Under the pieces are notes generated by a model that saw only the letters and a program-made list of their open reading frames with translations, had not been told where the DNA came from and did no database searches. The position numbers were made by a program, and so were the translations under genes. Of a stretch of 64,000 nucleotides of DNA, positions 1 through 8,631 are shown piece after piece (position 1 is the first letter of the stretch; each line of letters starts with the position of its first letter). This stretch comes from Nitrospirota bacterium (lineage in GTDB: Bacteria > Nitrospirota > Thermodesulfovibrionia > Thermodesulfovibrionales > JdFR-86): the NCBI GenBank assembly GCA_963721805.1, contig CAVRJY010000002.1:480001-544000 (forward strand), in the 5' to 3' direction.

Positions 1-56
1 TGCAAGCTGCTTGCACGGGGGGAATAATTCCAAGGGGGCGGGGAGGGTTTTAAAAA

Positions 57-1736
57 ATGCAGTGGTATCGTAACCTGAAGATAGGGATGAAGCTCGGGCT
101 CGCGTTCGGTTTTCTGCTGGTCCTGCTTTGCGTGATGGCGGCAACGGGTTTCTGGGGAGTCCGCAACATGGACCAGGAACTCATGAAGATGATGCACGGG
201 GACGCCGTGATCGCCGAAAACGCCGAACGCCTGAGGGCCAACACGCTTGGGCTCAGGAGGGGCGAGAAGGACGTATTCCTGAACATAGACAACCCCGAGA
301 AGGTCGAGGAGTACTACAAGGGCTGGACGGAGCAGCTGGACCTCGCCAAAAGCAGGCTTGAGGTGCTCGAGAAGGCCGCCGCCCTCGATAAGGACGTAGA
401 GGCGGTCAAGAACGTAAAGGCCGACATCGCCGCTTACGAAAAGGGTTTCAATTCCGTATACGCCCTGCTCAAGCAGGGGAAGGTCAAGACCCCGCAGGAA
501 GGCAACAAGGCCATCGGCCAGTATAAGGACGAGATCCACAGGATGGATGACCTCGCGTATGGCCTCGCCACGGATGCGAGAAAAAGGATGGATGCGGTCG
601 AGGGAACGTTCGACGCCCTGTATGGGCGCATTGATCTCATGCTTAGCTTAATCGCCGGCATAGCGATCGTGCTCGGCGTCATCTCCGGCATAACCCTGAC
701 CCTGATGATCACGCGCCCGCTCGCGGCCGCGGTCAGCGCCAATAACAGGCTCGCCGAGGGCGACCTTAACGTCGAGATTGCCGTTGATTCCAAGGACGAG
801 ACCGGCCAGCTCATGGCCGCGATGAAGGCAATGGCCGAGAAGCTCCGCGAGGTCGTGCTCGAGGTGACATCGGCCGCCGAGAACGTGGCCTCCGGGGCCG
901 AGGAGCTGAGCGCGAGTTCCGAGGAGATGTCGCAGGGCTCGACAGAGCAGGCCTCGGCCGCCGAGGAGGCCTCGAGCTCGATGGAGGAGATGGCCTCCAA
1001 TATCAAGCAGAGCGCGGACAACGCCCAGCAGACCGAGAAGATCGCCAAGAAGGCCTCCGAGGATGCTAGAGAGAGCGGGGCCTCGGTGGCGCAGGCCGTA
1101 GCCGCTATGAAGCAGATAGCCGAGAAGATAGGGATCATCGAGGAGATCGCGAGGCAGACGAACCTGCTTGCGCTAAACGCGGCCATCGAGGCCGCGCGCG
1201 CCGGTGAGCACGGCAAGGGCTTTGCGGTCGTCGCGGCCGAGGTGCGCAAGCTCGCGGAGCGCTCTCAGCAGGCCGCGGGGGAGATCACCGAGCTTTCGTC
1301 CACTAGCGTGGACATCGCGGCTAACGCCGGGCAGATGCTCGCAAAGCTCGTCCCGGACATACAGAAGACCGCCGAGCTCGTGGCCGAGATCAGCGCGGCA
1401 TCCAAAGAGCAGAACATCGGGGCGGAGCAGATCAACAAGGCTATTCAGCAGCTAGATCAGGTCACGCAGCAAAACGCCTCGGCCTCGGAGGAGATGGCCT
1501 CGACGAGCGAGGAGCTCAGCTCGCAGGCCGAGCAGCTCCAGGACACGATAGGGTTTTTCAAGGTCGATACCGCCGGGGCGAAGCGTCAGGCGAGACGGGC
1601 TGTCCCGCCGAAGGCCGCGCCTAAGCGCGCCGCGATAGCCCATCTGGCAAAGGGGGCCGCACCCAAGCCCGGAGGCGTGCGCATAGACATGGCCGGCGGC
1701 CGCGACACCGGTGACGACGAGTTCGAGAGGTTATAA
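57..1736 (+). CDS. Methyl-accepting chemotaxis protein (four-helix-bundle sensor, HAMP, signalling domain)
   Basis: Two TM segments, HAMP (DETGQL) and the conserved signalling hairpin [40 protein letters not shown]. Confidence 0.97.
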   Translation: MQWYRNLKIGMKLGLAFGFLLVLLCVMAATGFWGVRNMDQELMKMMHGDAVIAENAERLRANTLGLRRGEKDVFLNIDNPEKVEEYYKGWTEQLDLAKSRLEVLEKAAALDKDVEAVKNVKADIAAYEKGFNSVYALLKQGKVKTPQEGNKAIGQYKDEIHRMDDLAYGLATDARKRMDAVEGTFDALYGRIDLMLSLIAGIAIVLGVISGITLTLMITRPLAAAVSANNRLAEGDLNVEIAVDSKDETGQLMAAMKAMAEKLREVVLEVTSAAENVASGAEELSASSEEMSQGSTEQASAAEEASSSMEEMASNIKQSADNAQQTEKIAKKASEDARESGASVAQAVAAMKQIAEKIGIIEEIARQTNLLALNAAIEAARAGEHGKGFAVVAAEVRKLAERSQQAAGEITELSSTSVDIAANAGQMLAKLVPDIQKTAELVAEISAASKEQNIGAEQINKAIQQLDQVTQQNASASEEMASTSEELSSQAEQLQDTIGFFKVDTAGAKRQARRAVPPKAAPKRAAIAHLAKGAAPKPGGVRIDMAGGRDTGDDEFERL

Positions 1737-1738
1737 CC

Positions 1739-2224
1739 ATGAGCGTGGCTAACATAACGCAGACGTCGCAGTACCTGTCCTTCACGCTGGGGGGCGAGGT
1801 CTTTGCGCTGGACATATCGAAGGTCAGGGAGGTGCTGGACTATACCGAGCCGACGAAGGTGCCGCAGACGCCGGATTTCATGCGCGGGGTGATAAACCTG
1901 CGCGGCGGGGTGGTGCCGGTCGTGGACCTGAAGCTCAAGTTCGGGATGCCGCGCACCGAGCGTGGCATAAACACCTGCATCATAATCACCGAGGTCGCGC
2001 TCGGGGACGAGCACGCGGTGATCGGGGCGATGGCGGACTCTGTGCGTGAGGTCTTTGACCTCTCGCCGGAGCAGATAGAGCCCGCGCCCCGGATCGGGAC
2101 TCACCTGAATACGGCATTCCTCAAGGGCATGGGCAAGCACAACGACAACTTCATCCTGCTGCTGGACATCGACAGGGTGTTTTCGGAGGGAGAGCTGGCT
2201 GAGGTCTCTGCCGCCGGAGAGTAA
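1739..2224 (+). CDS. cheW: Chemotaxis coupling protein CheW
   Basis: QYLSFTLGGEVFALDI...GVINLRGGVVPVVDL CheW motifs; 2 nt after the MCP. Confidence 0.96.
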   Translation: MSVANITQTSQYLSFTLGGEVFALDISKVREVLDYTEPTKVPQTPDFMRGVINLRGGVVPVVDLKLKFGMPRTERGINTCIIITEVALGDEHAVIGAMADSVREVFDLSPEQIEPAPRIGTHLNTAFLKGMGKHNDNFILLLDIDRVFSEGELAEVSAAGE

Positions 2225-2244
2225 GGCGTAGCAATTAAGGCTAT

Positions 2245-2286
2245 GGAGCCCCCGCATGCACGAGCATGCGGGGGCCCTTCTTCTTT
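2245..2286 (+). terminator. Probable intrinsic terminator after cheW
   Basis: GC stem gcccccgcatgc/gcatgcgggggc followed by ttcttcttt. Confidence 0.7.
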
Positions 2287-2401
2287 ATATAAGGGGCCGC
2301 TTGCGCCCCTAAAGTGAGCGGGCTTCCGGGCCCTGCGGACAGCGAAATGGGGCAGCCGCCCCCCGTGCGTTTGCCCTTACCTTTCGGTTATAATGGTTGA
2401 C

Positions 2402-2815
2402 ATGAACGGTATTGGGCCAGGATTAGGCGTTTTGATCATGATGAACAATTACTTCCACGACGTCGCGACCGCGCTTCTGATGGCCAGCGGCTTCGGCGTA
2501 TGGGTCGTGATGAAAAGATTCGACGAAAGGCCGCGCTCGAAGGACGCGACCGAGTATTTCGTCCGGGTATTCGATGGGATGACCAAGCTCGCGAAGATCT
2601 CGCTGTGGTGGATACTCATAGGCGGCATCCCGAGGACGATATTCTACAGGGACTTCGAGTGGGCCAACGCAGTGGCCAACGCCCAGATCCCCGCGCTCAT
2701 AGTCAAGCACATCATGGCGTTTAGCTTCGTCGGGACCGGCGTGGTCATGTGGCACAAATACGGAAGGCGCGTCCGCAAGATAAGGGAAGCGCTCGCATCG
2801 GGAGAAATCAAATGA
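2402..2815 (+). CDS. Small membrane protein of unknown function (about 3 TM)
   Basis: Hydrophobic segments and an NNYFHD motif; ATG lies 7 nt after TATAAT; its stop overlaps the next start (ATGA). Confidence 0.75.
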   Translation: MNGIGPGLGVLIMMNNYFHDVATALLMASGFGVWVVMKRFDERPRSKDATEYFVRVFDGMTKLAKISLWWILIGGIPRTIFYRDFEWANAVANAQIPALIVKHIMAFSFVGTGVVMWHKYGRRVRKIREALASGEIK

Positions 2816-4260
2816 AGGTACTGTTTATCACCCCGCCGTTTCATGCCGGGGTAGTCGAGGTCGCCGGCCGCTGGGTGCCGCTTTATTTCGTCTACCTTGC
2901 CGGCTCGCTGAAGGCCACCGGGCACGAGGCGCACATCTATGACGCGATGACCAAGTTCGTGGGCTACGACGAGATCGAGGCCCGCATCCGCGAGCTCAAG
3001 CCCGACATCGTCGCGACGACGGCCATAACCTGCACCTCCATCGACGCCGGGGAGATCTGCGCCCTCGCAAAGAGGATCGACCCCAAGATCACGACGATCT
3101 GCGGCGGCATACACGCCTCGTTCATGTACCAGGAGATGTTTTCGCTCTACCCGGCGCTCGATTACATCGTCGTGGGCGAGGGCGAGATCACGATAGCCGA
3201 ACTTGTCGACGCGATCGAGAACAAGCGGCCGGTGAAGGAAGTCCTCGGAGTTGCATACCGCGAGGGCGAGGACGTCACGTTCACCGGCGTGCGGCCCTAC
3301 ATGGATGACCTCAACAACCTCCCGACCGCGTGGGAGGAGCTCGACTGGAACGACTACACTTATTTCATAATGCCCGGCTCGCGGCTCGCGGCGATAGACA
3401 CCTCGCGAGGATGCGACAAGGACTGCACGTTCTGCTCCCAGCAGAAGTTCTGGAAGCAGACCTGGCGCGCCCGCACCCCGGAGGACCTCGTACGCGAGAT
3501 TACGATGCTGAACACCACCTACAAGGTCGACGTCATACTGCTTACGGACGACTACCCGACGCCGGACCGCGCGCGCTGGGAGAAGTTCCTGGACATGCTG
3601 ATCGAGGCGAACCTGCCGGTCAAGTTCCTGATGGAGACGCGCGTGCAGGACATCATCCGCGACCGCGAGATCCTCTGGAAATACCATAAGGCCGGGATTA
3701 TCCACATCTACGTCGGCACCGAGTCGGTGGACCAGTCCGCGCTCGACAGCATCAAGAAGGACATTACGCTCGAGGAGTGCGTCGAGGCTATCGACCTGCT
3801 CCGCGAGCACAACATAATCACCGAGACCTCGATGATCCTCGGCTTCCCGGACGACACGGTTGAGAGCATCGAGCGCACGATCGAGCTTTCGAAGGAGCTC
3901 AACCCGGACTTCGCCCACTACCTGGCGATAGCCCCATGGCCCTACTCGAACATGTACGAGGAGATGAAGCCCTACATAGCCGTCACGGACTACCGCAAGT
4001 ATAACCTGATAGACCCGATCATCAAGCCCAAGGCGATGACGCTCGAGGAGGTCGACCGCCAGATCGTCAACGGCTACCGCGACTTCTACATGAGCAAGTT
4101 CATGTCGCTGATGCAGGGCGACGACCAGTTCCGCAAGGACTACCTGATGCGTGCGATGAAGCTGATGATGAGCACCTCGTTCATCAAAAAGAAGCTCGGC
4201 ATGATGGGTGGCGAGATGCCCGAGGAGATTAAGGCCATAATGTCGTCACAGATGGGATGA
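2812..4260 (+). CDS. Cobalamin-binding radical SAM enzyme (class B methyltransferase/BchE-like)
   Basis: N-terminal B12-binding domain (CGGIHAS, YIVVGEGE) and the CxxxCxxC motif SRGCDKDCTFC; start taken at the ATGA overlap. Confidence 0.9.
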   Translation: MKVLFITPPFHAGVVEVAGRWVPLYFVYLAGSLKATGHEAHIYDAMTKFVGYDEIEARIRELKPDIVATTAITCTSIDAGEICALAKRIDPKITTICGGIHASFMYQEMFSLYPALDYIVVGEGEITIAELVDAIENKRPVKEVLGVAYREGEDVTFTGVRPYMDDLNNLPTAWEELDWNDYTYFIMPGSRLAAIDTSRGCDKDCTFCSQQKFWKQTWRARTPEDLVREITMLNTTYKVDVILLTDDYPTPDRARWEKFLDMLIEANLPVKFLMETRVQDIIRDREILWKYHKAGIIHIYVGTESVDQSALDSIKKDITLEECVEAIDLLREHNIITETSMILGFPDDTVESIERTIELSKELNPDFAHYLAIAPWPYSNMYEEMKPYIAVTDYRKYNLIDPIIKPKAMTLEEVDRQIVNGYRDFYMSKFMSLMQGDDQFRKDYLMRAMKLMMSTSFIKKKLGMMGGEMPEEIKAIMSSQMG

Positions 4261-4271
4261 GGGGAGGGCCG

Positions 4272-4883
4272 ATGGCGCTCTACAGGCTCGTTCTGGCAGC
4301 GGCGCTCGCCGCGGGGCTGTTCGCCTGCACAGGCCCGAACTACACCTGCAAGGACGTATACCCCGAGGACGCCATCCTAACCTACAACGTCGACGGGATC
4401 ACGGGCAATATGGCCTCGGAGATGTGCGGCTACCTCTGCATCGGCATCGAGAACGCCCCGGCCGACCGGCCCGTGCCCACCGTGCTCGTGGCCGACTTCA
4501 TCCCGTACCGGGGCTCTGCGACCGACAGGGTGGGGCAGTACATATCAGAATCCATGCGGATCGTGGTCGCGGACAAGTGCTGCGCCAAGGCCGTGCGCGC
4601 TGGATTCGAGGGCCACCTCGAGTCCGCCGGGGATGGCTCGATCTCGATGGTCTCGCCATACGCCGACCCCGACAGCCTCAGGCAGCCGGCCATGGTCATC
4701 GCGGGCAGCTATCTCGCGACGCAGGATTCCGTCACCTACAGGGTCGAGTCTCTGAAGGCCTCGACCGGCGCTGTCACTGACAGCATCAGGCGCGAGTACC
4801 CGACGTACTGCATCCTCGGCCATAAATACGCCGATATCCCGATTTGGCCCCCGCGGAAGCTCATTCAAGGCGACGATGAATGA
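4272..4883 (+). CDS. Lipoprotein, possibly with an FlgO-like domain
   Basis: Lipobox LFAC after a hydrophobic leader; TVLVADF...VGQYISES...VIAGSY pattern resembles FlgO/CsgG-type folds; GGAGG SD upstream. Confidence 0.55.
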   Translation: MALYRLVLAAALAAGLFACTGPNYTCKDVYPEDAILTYNVDGITGNMASEMCGYLCIGIENAPADRPVPTVLVADFIPYRGSATDRVGQYISESMRIVVADKCCAKAVRAGFEGHLESAGDGSISMVSPYADPDSLRQPAMVIAGSYLATQDSVTYRVESLKASTGAVTDSIRREYPTYCILGHKYADIPIWPPRKLIQGDDE

Positions 4884-5934
4884 GCAGAGCGTCCCTTCCT
4901 ACGACAGGCTCCTAGCGGCGCGTAACGCCCTGTTGCTCGGGGTGATGCTGGCGGTCTGGGGCGTGCTGTGCATGGTGTCCTTCGACTGGTTTCCGGGCCC
5001 CTTGGGGTTCCTCTCCAATATCCTCATGCCCTGGAAGGGGCTTAACATGATCCCCGAGGAGATGACGATAGAGTGGCGGCTGGCTTACATGCAAAGCCTG
5101 CTGAGCGCCTCGATCACGGTGGCCCACAGCTCGTTTATCGCCCTCTCGGCCTCGTTCACGGCGCTCGTCGTCTACCTGACCCTGATCTACCAGCAGCGCC
5201 AGAAGAGGATGCGCGAAAACCGGATGCTCGTGATGAAGAACCTCGAGATCGCCAGGCGCAACGAGTTCATACGGTACGTCTCGGCGACGATAGGCCACGA
5301 GTTCAAGAACAACCTAGGGCGGATCAAGCGCCGCCTTGACCTCGCGGAAGTCCCCCCGGAGCTCCGCGCCAAGATAGACTCCAACCTGCACAAGCTCTTC
5401 GCCGACATAGACATATTCAAGAAGATCTCTGAGGAGCGCGAGAGCGTGCTGATCGGGTTTAAGAAGCTAAACCCCCTGAGCACGCTGCGCGAGCTCAGCA
5501 TGCACTACACCGACATGGCCGAGTTCCACTTCGAGGGCGGCGAGGTCTCAGAGCCGATCTTCGCCTCGCCGGAGCTGCTCAAGAGCGTCTTTGAGATACT
5601 GATAGACAACTCGATCAAATACAAGAAGCCCGGCCAGCCGCGCGCGATAATCCGTGTTTCGTGCCACACGGACGAGGACAGCCGCCGGAAGTACGTCTCG
5701 CTCGCGGTCCGCGACGAGGGCATCGGGATGGACGAGGAGCAGGCCGACCGCAGCTTTTACAAGGGCAGCGGCGCTAGCACCTCCGAGGGCTGGGGCATGG
5801 GCCTGTATTTCGCCAAATACGTGGTCGGCCTGCACGCAGGCCGCATACGCGTGGGCAAGGGCTACACCGCGCCGGGCCGGGGGGTCGAGATCATCATCAA
5901 CCTGCCGCACGTGGAGGAGAGCCTCGATGTATAG
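4876..5934 (+). CDS. Membrane sensor histidine kinase
   Basis: Two TM segments, H-box GHEFKNNL, N-box ILIDNSIKY, G1 VRDEGIGM, G2 GWGMGLY. Confidence 0.93.
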   Translation: MNEQSVPSYDRLLAARNALLLGVMLAVWGVLCMVSFDWFPGPLGFLSNILMPWKGLNMIPEEMTIEWRLAYMQSLLSASITVAHSSFIALSASFTALVVYLTLIYQQRQKRMRENRMLVMKNLEIARRNEFIRYVSATIGHEFKNNLGRIKRRLDLAEVPPELRAKIDSNLHKLFADIDIFKKISEERESVLIGFKKLNPLSTLRELSMHYTDMAEFHFEGGEVSEPIFASPELLKSVFEILIDNSIKYKKPGQPRAIIRVSCHTDEDSRRKYVSLAVRDEGIGMDEEQADRSFYKGSGASTSEGWGMGLYFAKYVVGLHAGRIRVGKGYTAPGRGVEIIINLPHVEESLDV

Positions 5935-5981
5935 CGTTATCCTCGCACGCAAGCGCGCTTCGCTGATTAGGGAGGGTTTAA

Positions 5982-6869
5982 GTGTATAGCGTGCTTGTGG
6001 CCGACGACGACTACGAAGACCGCGAACTCCTGCGGATCGAGATCCAGCGGGCGCTCGAGGGCCTCGAGCCTAACCTCAAGTTCTACGAGGCCCGCAGCAT
6101 CTCGCAGGCCAGCGAGCGGCTGCGCTCCCAGCACTTCGACCTCCTGACGCTCGACGTCGAGTTCGACAGGATGAACGAGGGCATCGACGCCCTGCCGGTC
6201 TTCTTCGAGAGCTACCCGACGCTGAGCATCATCGTCATAAGCGGCAAGCTCAACAAGACGGAGGTCAGCGAGCGCCTGTTTCACTTCACGAAGGACAACG
6301 TGCTTAAGGGCAAGCGCTGGGCGCGGCACTTCGACGTCCTCGACAAGAAGGACGACAAGGCCGAGGCCGTGCGCCGGGCCTATGAGTTTTCTGTAAGGCA
6401 GAAGGAGGCCGCCGAGGGCCTCAAGGAGCTGTTCCTTCTGGCCGAGGGCTACATGGAAAAGGGCGAGGTCGAGAAGTGCCTTGAGGTATACCAGAAGATC
6501 CAGGGCCTCGCCCCGGGCGAGCACGAGAGCGGCGAGAACATAAAGCTCTTTAAGAAGGGGGCCTCGTTCGAGCAGGCGCTTGAGTACCTCAGGAAGGGCG
6601 AAAAGCTGATCGCGGCCCTGCTGCTCGGACACTACCTCGAAAGCCGCCTTAAGGCCTTCACGCGCCGGGGCACCGGCCGCGTCCACCCGAACCTCGCCGA
6701 CTGCCTCTCTGACTTGGAGCGCGCGCACCGCATAAGCCCGCTAAAGAAGGGCATGTTTCAGGGCCTGATGCGCATCCGCAACAAGTGCGTCCACCACCCG
6801 ATGACGATCTCCGAGGCAGACTTCGCTTATACGGCCGAGAACCTCAAGCTCATCGAGGCGGATTTCTGA
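5982..6869 (+). CDS. Response regulator: REC, TPR-like helices, C-terminal HEPN/DUF4145-like domain
   Basis: REC residues intact (VADDD, LLTLD, ISG, DKK); helical repeat AEGYMEKGEVEKCLEVYQKIQGLAP; C-terminal LGHYLESRLK...RNKCVH. Confidence 0.8.
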   Translation: MYSVLVADDDYEDRELLRIEIQRALEGLEPNLKFYEARSISQASERLRSQHFDLLTLDVEFDRMNEGIDALPVFFESYPTLSIIVISGKLNKTEVSERLFHFTKDNVLKGKRWARHFDVLDKKDDKAEAVRRAYEFSVRQKEAAEGLKELFLLAEGYMEKGEVEKCLEVYQKIQGLAPGEHESGENIKLFKKGASFEQALEYLRKGEKLIAALLLGHYLESRLKAFTRRGTGRVHPNLADCLSDLERAHRISPLKKGMFQGLMRIRNKCVHHPMTISEADFAYTAENLKLIEADF

Positions 6870-6871
6870 GC

Positions 6872-7513
6872 GTGAGAGCGGTACGCGCCATAAGGACCTT
6901 CGTCCCGGCCGGGCCGGTGCTGATACTCACGCTCATCGGCGTGATGCTCTTAAGCACTCTGGTCTATTACAGGGCTGTGCGCATACAGAGGTTCCTCGAG
7001 CCCGCGGTCGCGATCAGCGCCCCGCGCATCACGTTTTACCGCAAGATCAGCAACCTGATAATCGAGCAGTTCGGGATGAGCGAGATCCCCGGATTCATCT
7101 TCACCGGCGACCAGATCCTCGTCCACAAGTCCCTGCTGTATCAGGGTGCTGACGTAAACGGCATATCGCCGGCGCTGCGCAAGATCGCGCGCGTGTTCTA
7201 CCTTGCGCTCGAGGACCCGACCATGAGGCCGTATATCGATTCCATCATCGTGAGCACGCGGGCCCCGATGGGCGCCGACCCCCAGAGCAACCAGAAGGCG
7301 CGCGATTTCTATCAAAACGAGGCGAGGTTCATCCAAAACGCGCTGTTTACCGTCGAACCGGCCCTTTATTCCAACTACCCGCAGTACTTCGAGTCCTCGG
7401 TGATCATGGCGGCCATGCGCCCTGAGGACGCCGAGTGGGTCGTCTTCAGGCTGATCCCCTCAGACAGGCCGAACCTGCAAATGCTCGACCAGCTCCGCAA
7501 ATACGCCCAGTAG
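6872..7513 (+). CDS. Single-TM protein with a degenerate OmpA/MotB/ZorB-like C-terminal domain
   Basis: GTG 2 nt after the regulator's stop; N-terminal TM helix; later pattern resembles an OmpA_C fold without the GHTD/RRV motifs. The fold is inferred. Confidence 0.55.
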   Translation: MRAVRAIRTFVPAGPVLILTLIGVMLLSTLVYYRAVRIQRFLEPAVAISAPRITFYRKISNLIIEQFGMSEIPGFIFTGDQILVHKSLLYQGADVNGISPALRKIARVFYLALEDPTMRPYIDSIIVSTRAPMGADPQSNQKARDFYQNEARFIQNALFTVEPALYSNYPQYFESSVIMAAMRPEDAEWVVFRLIPSDRPNLQMLDQLRKYAQ

Positions 7514-7525
7514 CCGGGGACTCGT

Positions 7526-7734
7526 TAAAGCGCGCGAAATCGCTCTCTCCAAAGCGCTCCAAATCGCTTGATACGTTGTTGGGCTTCAAAGACTCGCCCT
7601 CTATGTACGTCTCAGTACACCATCGGGCGGTCTTCTCGCCCTGCCTTGTCTGAAGACGATTTGGGCGCGCTTTCGGGGGTTGGACGCGGCCCAGCCGCTG
7701 GACCCCCGCGCCCCCAAGGTTAAAGGCTTAGTTA
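7526..7734 (+). repeat. Dispersed palindromic element, copy 1 (REPIN/MITE-like), with an extra truncated left arm at 7526-7543
   Basis: Core 7551-7673 differs from copy 3 at only 6 of 123 positions; long imperfect hairpin followed by a ggggg...ccccc hairpin. Confidence 0.9.
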
Positions 7735-7952
7735 AATATTTGCTGCGATACATCGAGAGATCAAATGTACTGGGGCTAAGAACCGCTTAGAGGTGTTATA
7801 TTGCCGCAAGGCGCATTTACGTGGTAAGTGATTGTGTTTCTCGGTTGTTTTTCAGCTAAGAAATATTGACAGAAGGACTTTAGTCGATTAAGATAATGCT
7901 GAAACCAGTCCTTTGGGTTTTGATAGAGTACGGGAAAGGTCGAAACAATTAA

Positions 7953-8375
7953 ATGCACATTATTAGGCAGTTCATTGATGAGATGTCAAAGGGATATGGA
8001 TTCCAGATAGTACAAAAAAAGTTAACTCCCATGAACCGTAGTGTATATGAATTATCTGGCAGAAATAATTGTTTTCTTTCTCTCCACTTTAGAAGCGCTA
8101 AGCCTTATCGATGGGGAGTAACTGAAAACATTGTTTACAAATTAAAGGCGCAAAGTAAGCCGTGGGGTGTTGTATTATTTTTCGAGACACACCATAATGG
8201 TTACCTTCTATCTTCAAACGATGTATTGCATTACATTGACAATGGCATTTGGCCATTAGCTCGCGATGGTGACTACAAACCTTCTCCGGGGAAATACCTC
8301 GCAAGGAATAAAACGTTTGCTGCGATTGATGAGTTCGTATTAAATTTATCCCGAATTTGCGAAGAGCTGCGCTAA
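7953..8375 (+). CDS. AT-rich hypothetical protein, probably horizontally acquired
   Basis: 140-aa ORF in a markedly low-GC segment with codon usage unlike its neighbours. Confidence 0.7.
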   Translation: MHIIRQFIDEMSKGYGFQIVQKKLTPMNRSVYELSGRNNCFLSLHFRSAKPYRWGVTENIVYKLKAQSKPWGVVLFFETHHNGYLLSSNDVLHYIDNGIWPLARDGDYKPSPGKYLARNKTFAAIDEFVLNLSRICEELR

Positions 8376-8460
8376 TTTCTTTCACAGGCAGTCAGTTCAC
8401 GTCATATAGCATTCTTACAGGCGCATTTGAGGGTCTGACAAATCAAACCCCTTCCACGGG

Positions 8461-8624
8461 GGGGCGGGGGTCCAGCGGCGGAGCCGCGTCTAACCCCCGA
8501 AAGCGATCCGAAATCAGCGTCAGACTAGGAACGGCGAGAAGACCGTCCGACGGTGTACTGAGACGTACTCCGAGGGCGTGTCTTCGAAGGCGTGACAACG
8601 TATCACGCGATTTCGATCGCTTTA
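8461..8624 (-). repeat. Dispersed palindromic element, copy 2 (diverged, inverted)
   Basis: Reverse complement reads taaagcgatcgaaatcgcgtgatacgttgt...gtacgtctcagtacac...gatttcggatcgctttcgggggt, colinear with copies 1 and 3. Confidence 0.88.
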
Positions 8625-8631
8625 AAGAAGG

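Noticed and set aside
2644..3918. Long antisense ORFs here and opposite many other genes (e.g. 19050-20060, 26224-27213, 52640-53710)
   Set aside because: Each overlaps a well-supported gene on the other strand and lacks motifs.
7551..7740. Hairpin element as an integron attC site (GTTAAAT nearby)
   Set aside because: No matching RYYYAAC inverse core at the hairpin base, copy 3 has GTTATAT, and there is no integrase or cassette array.
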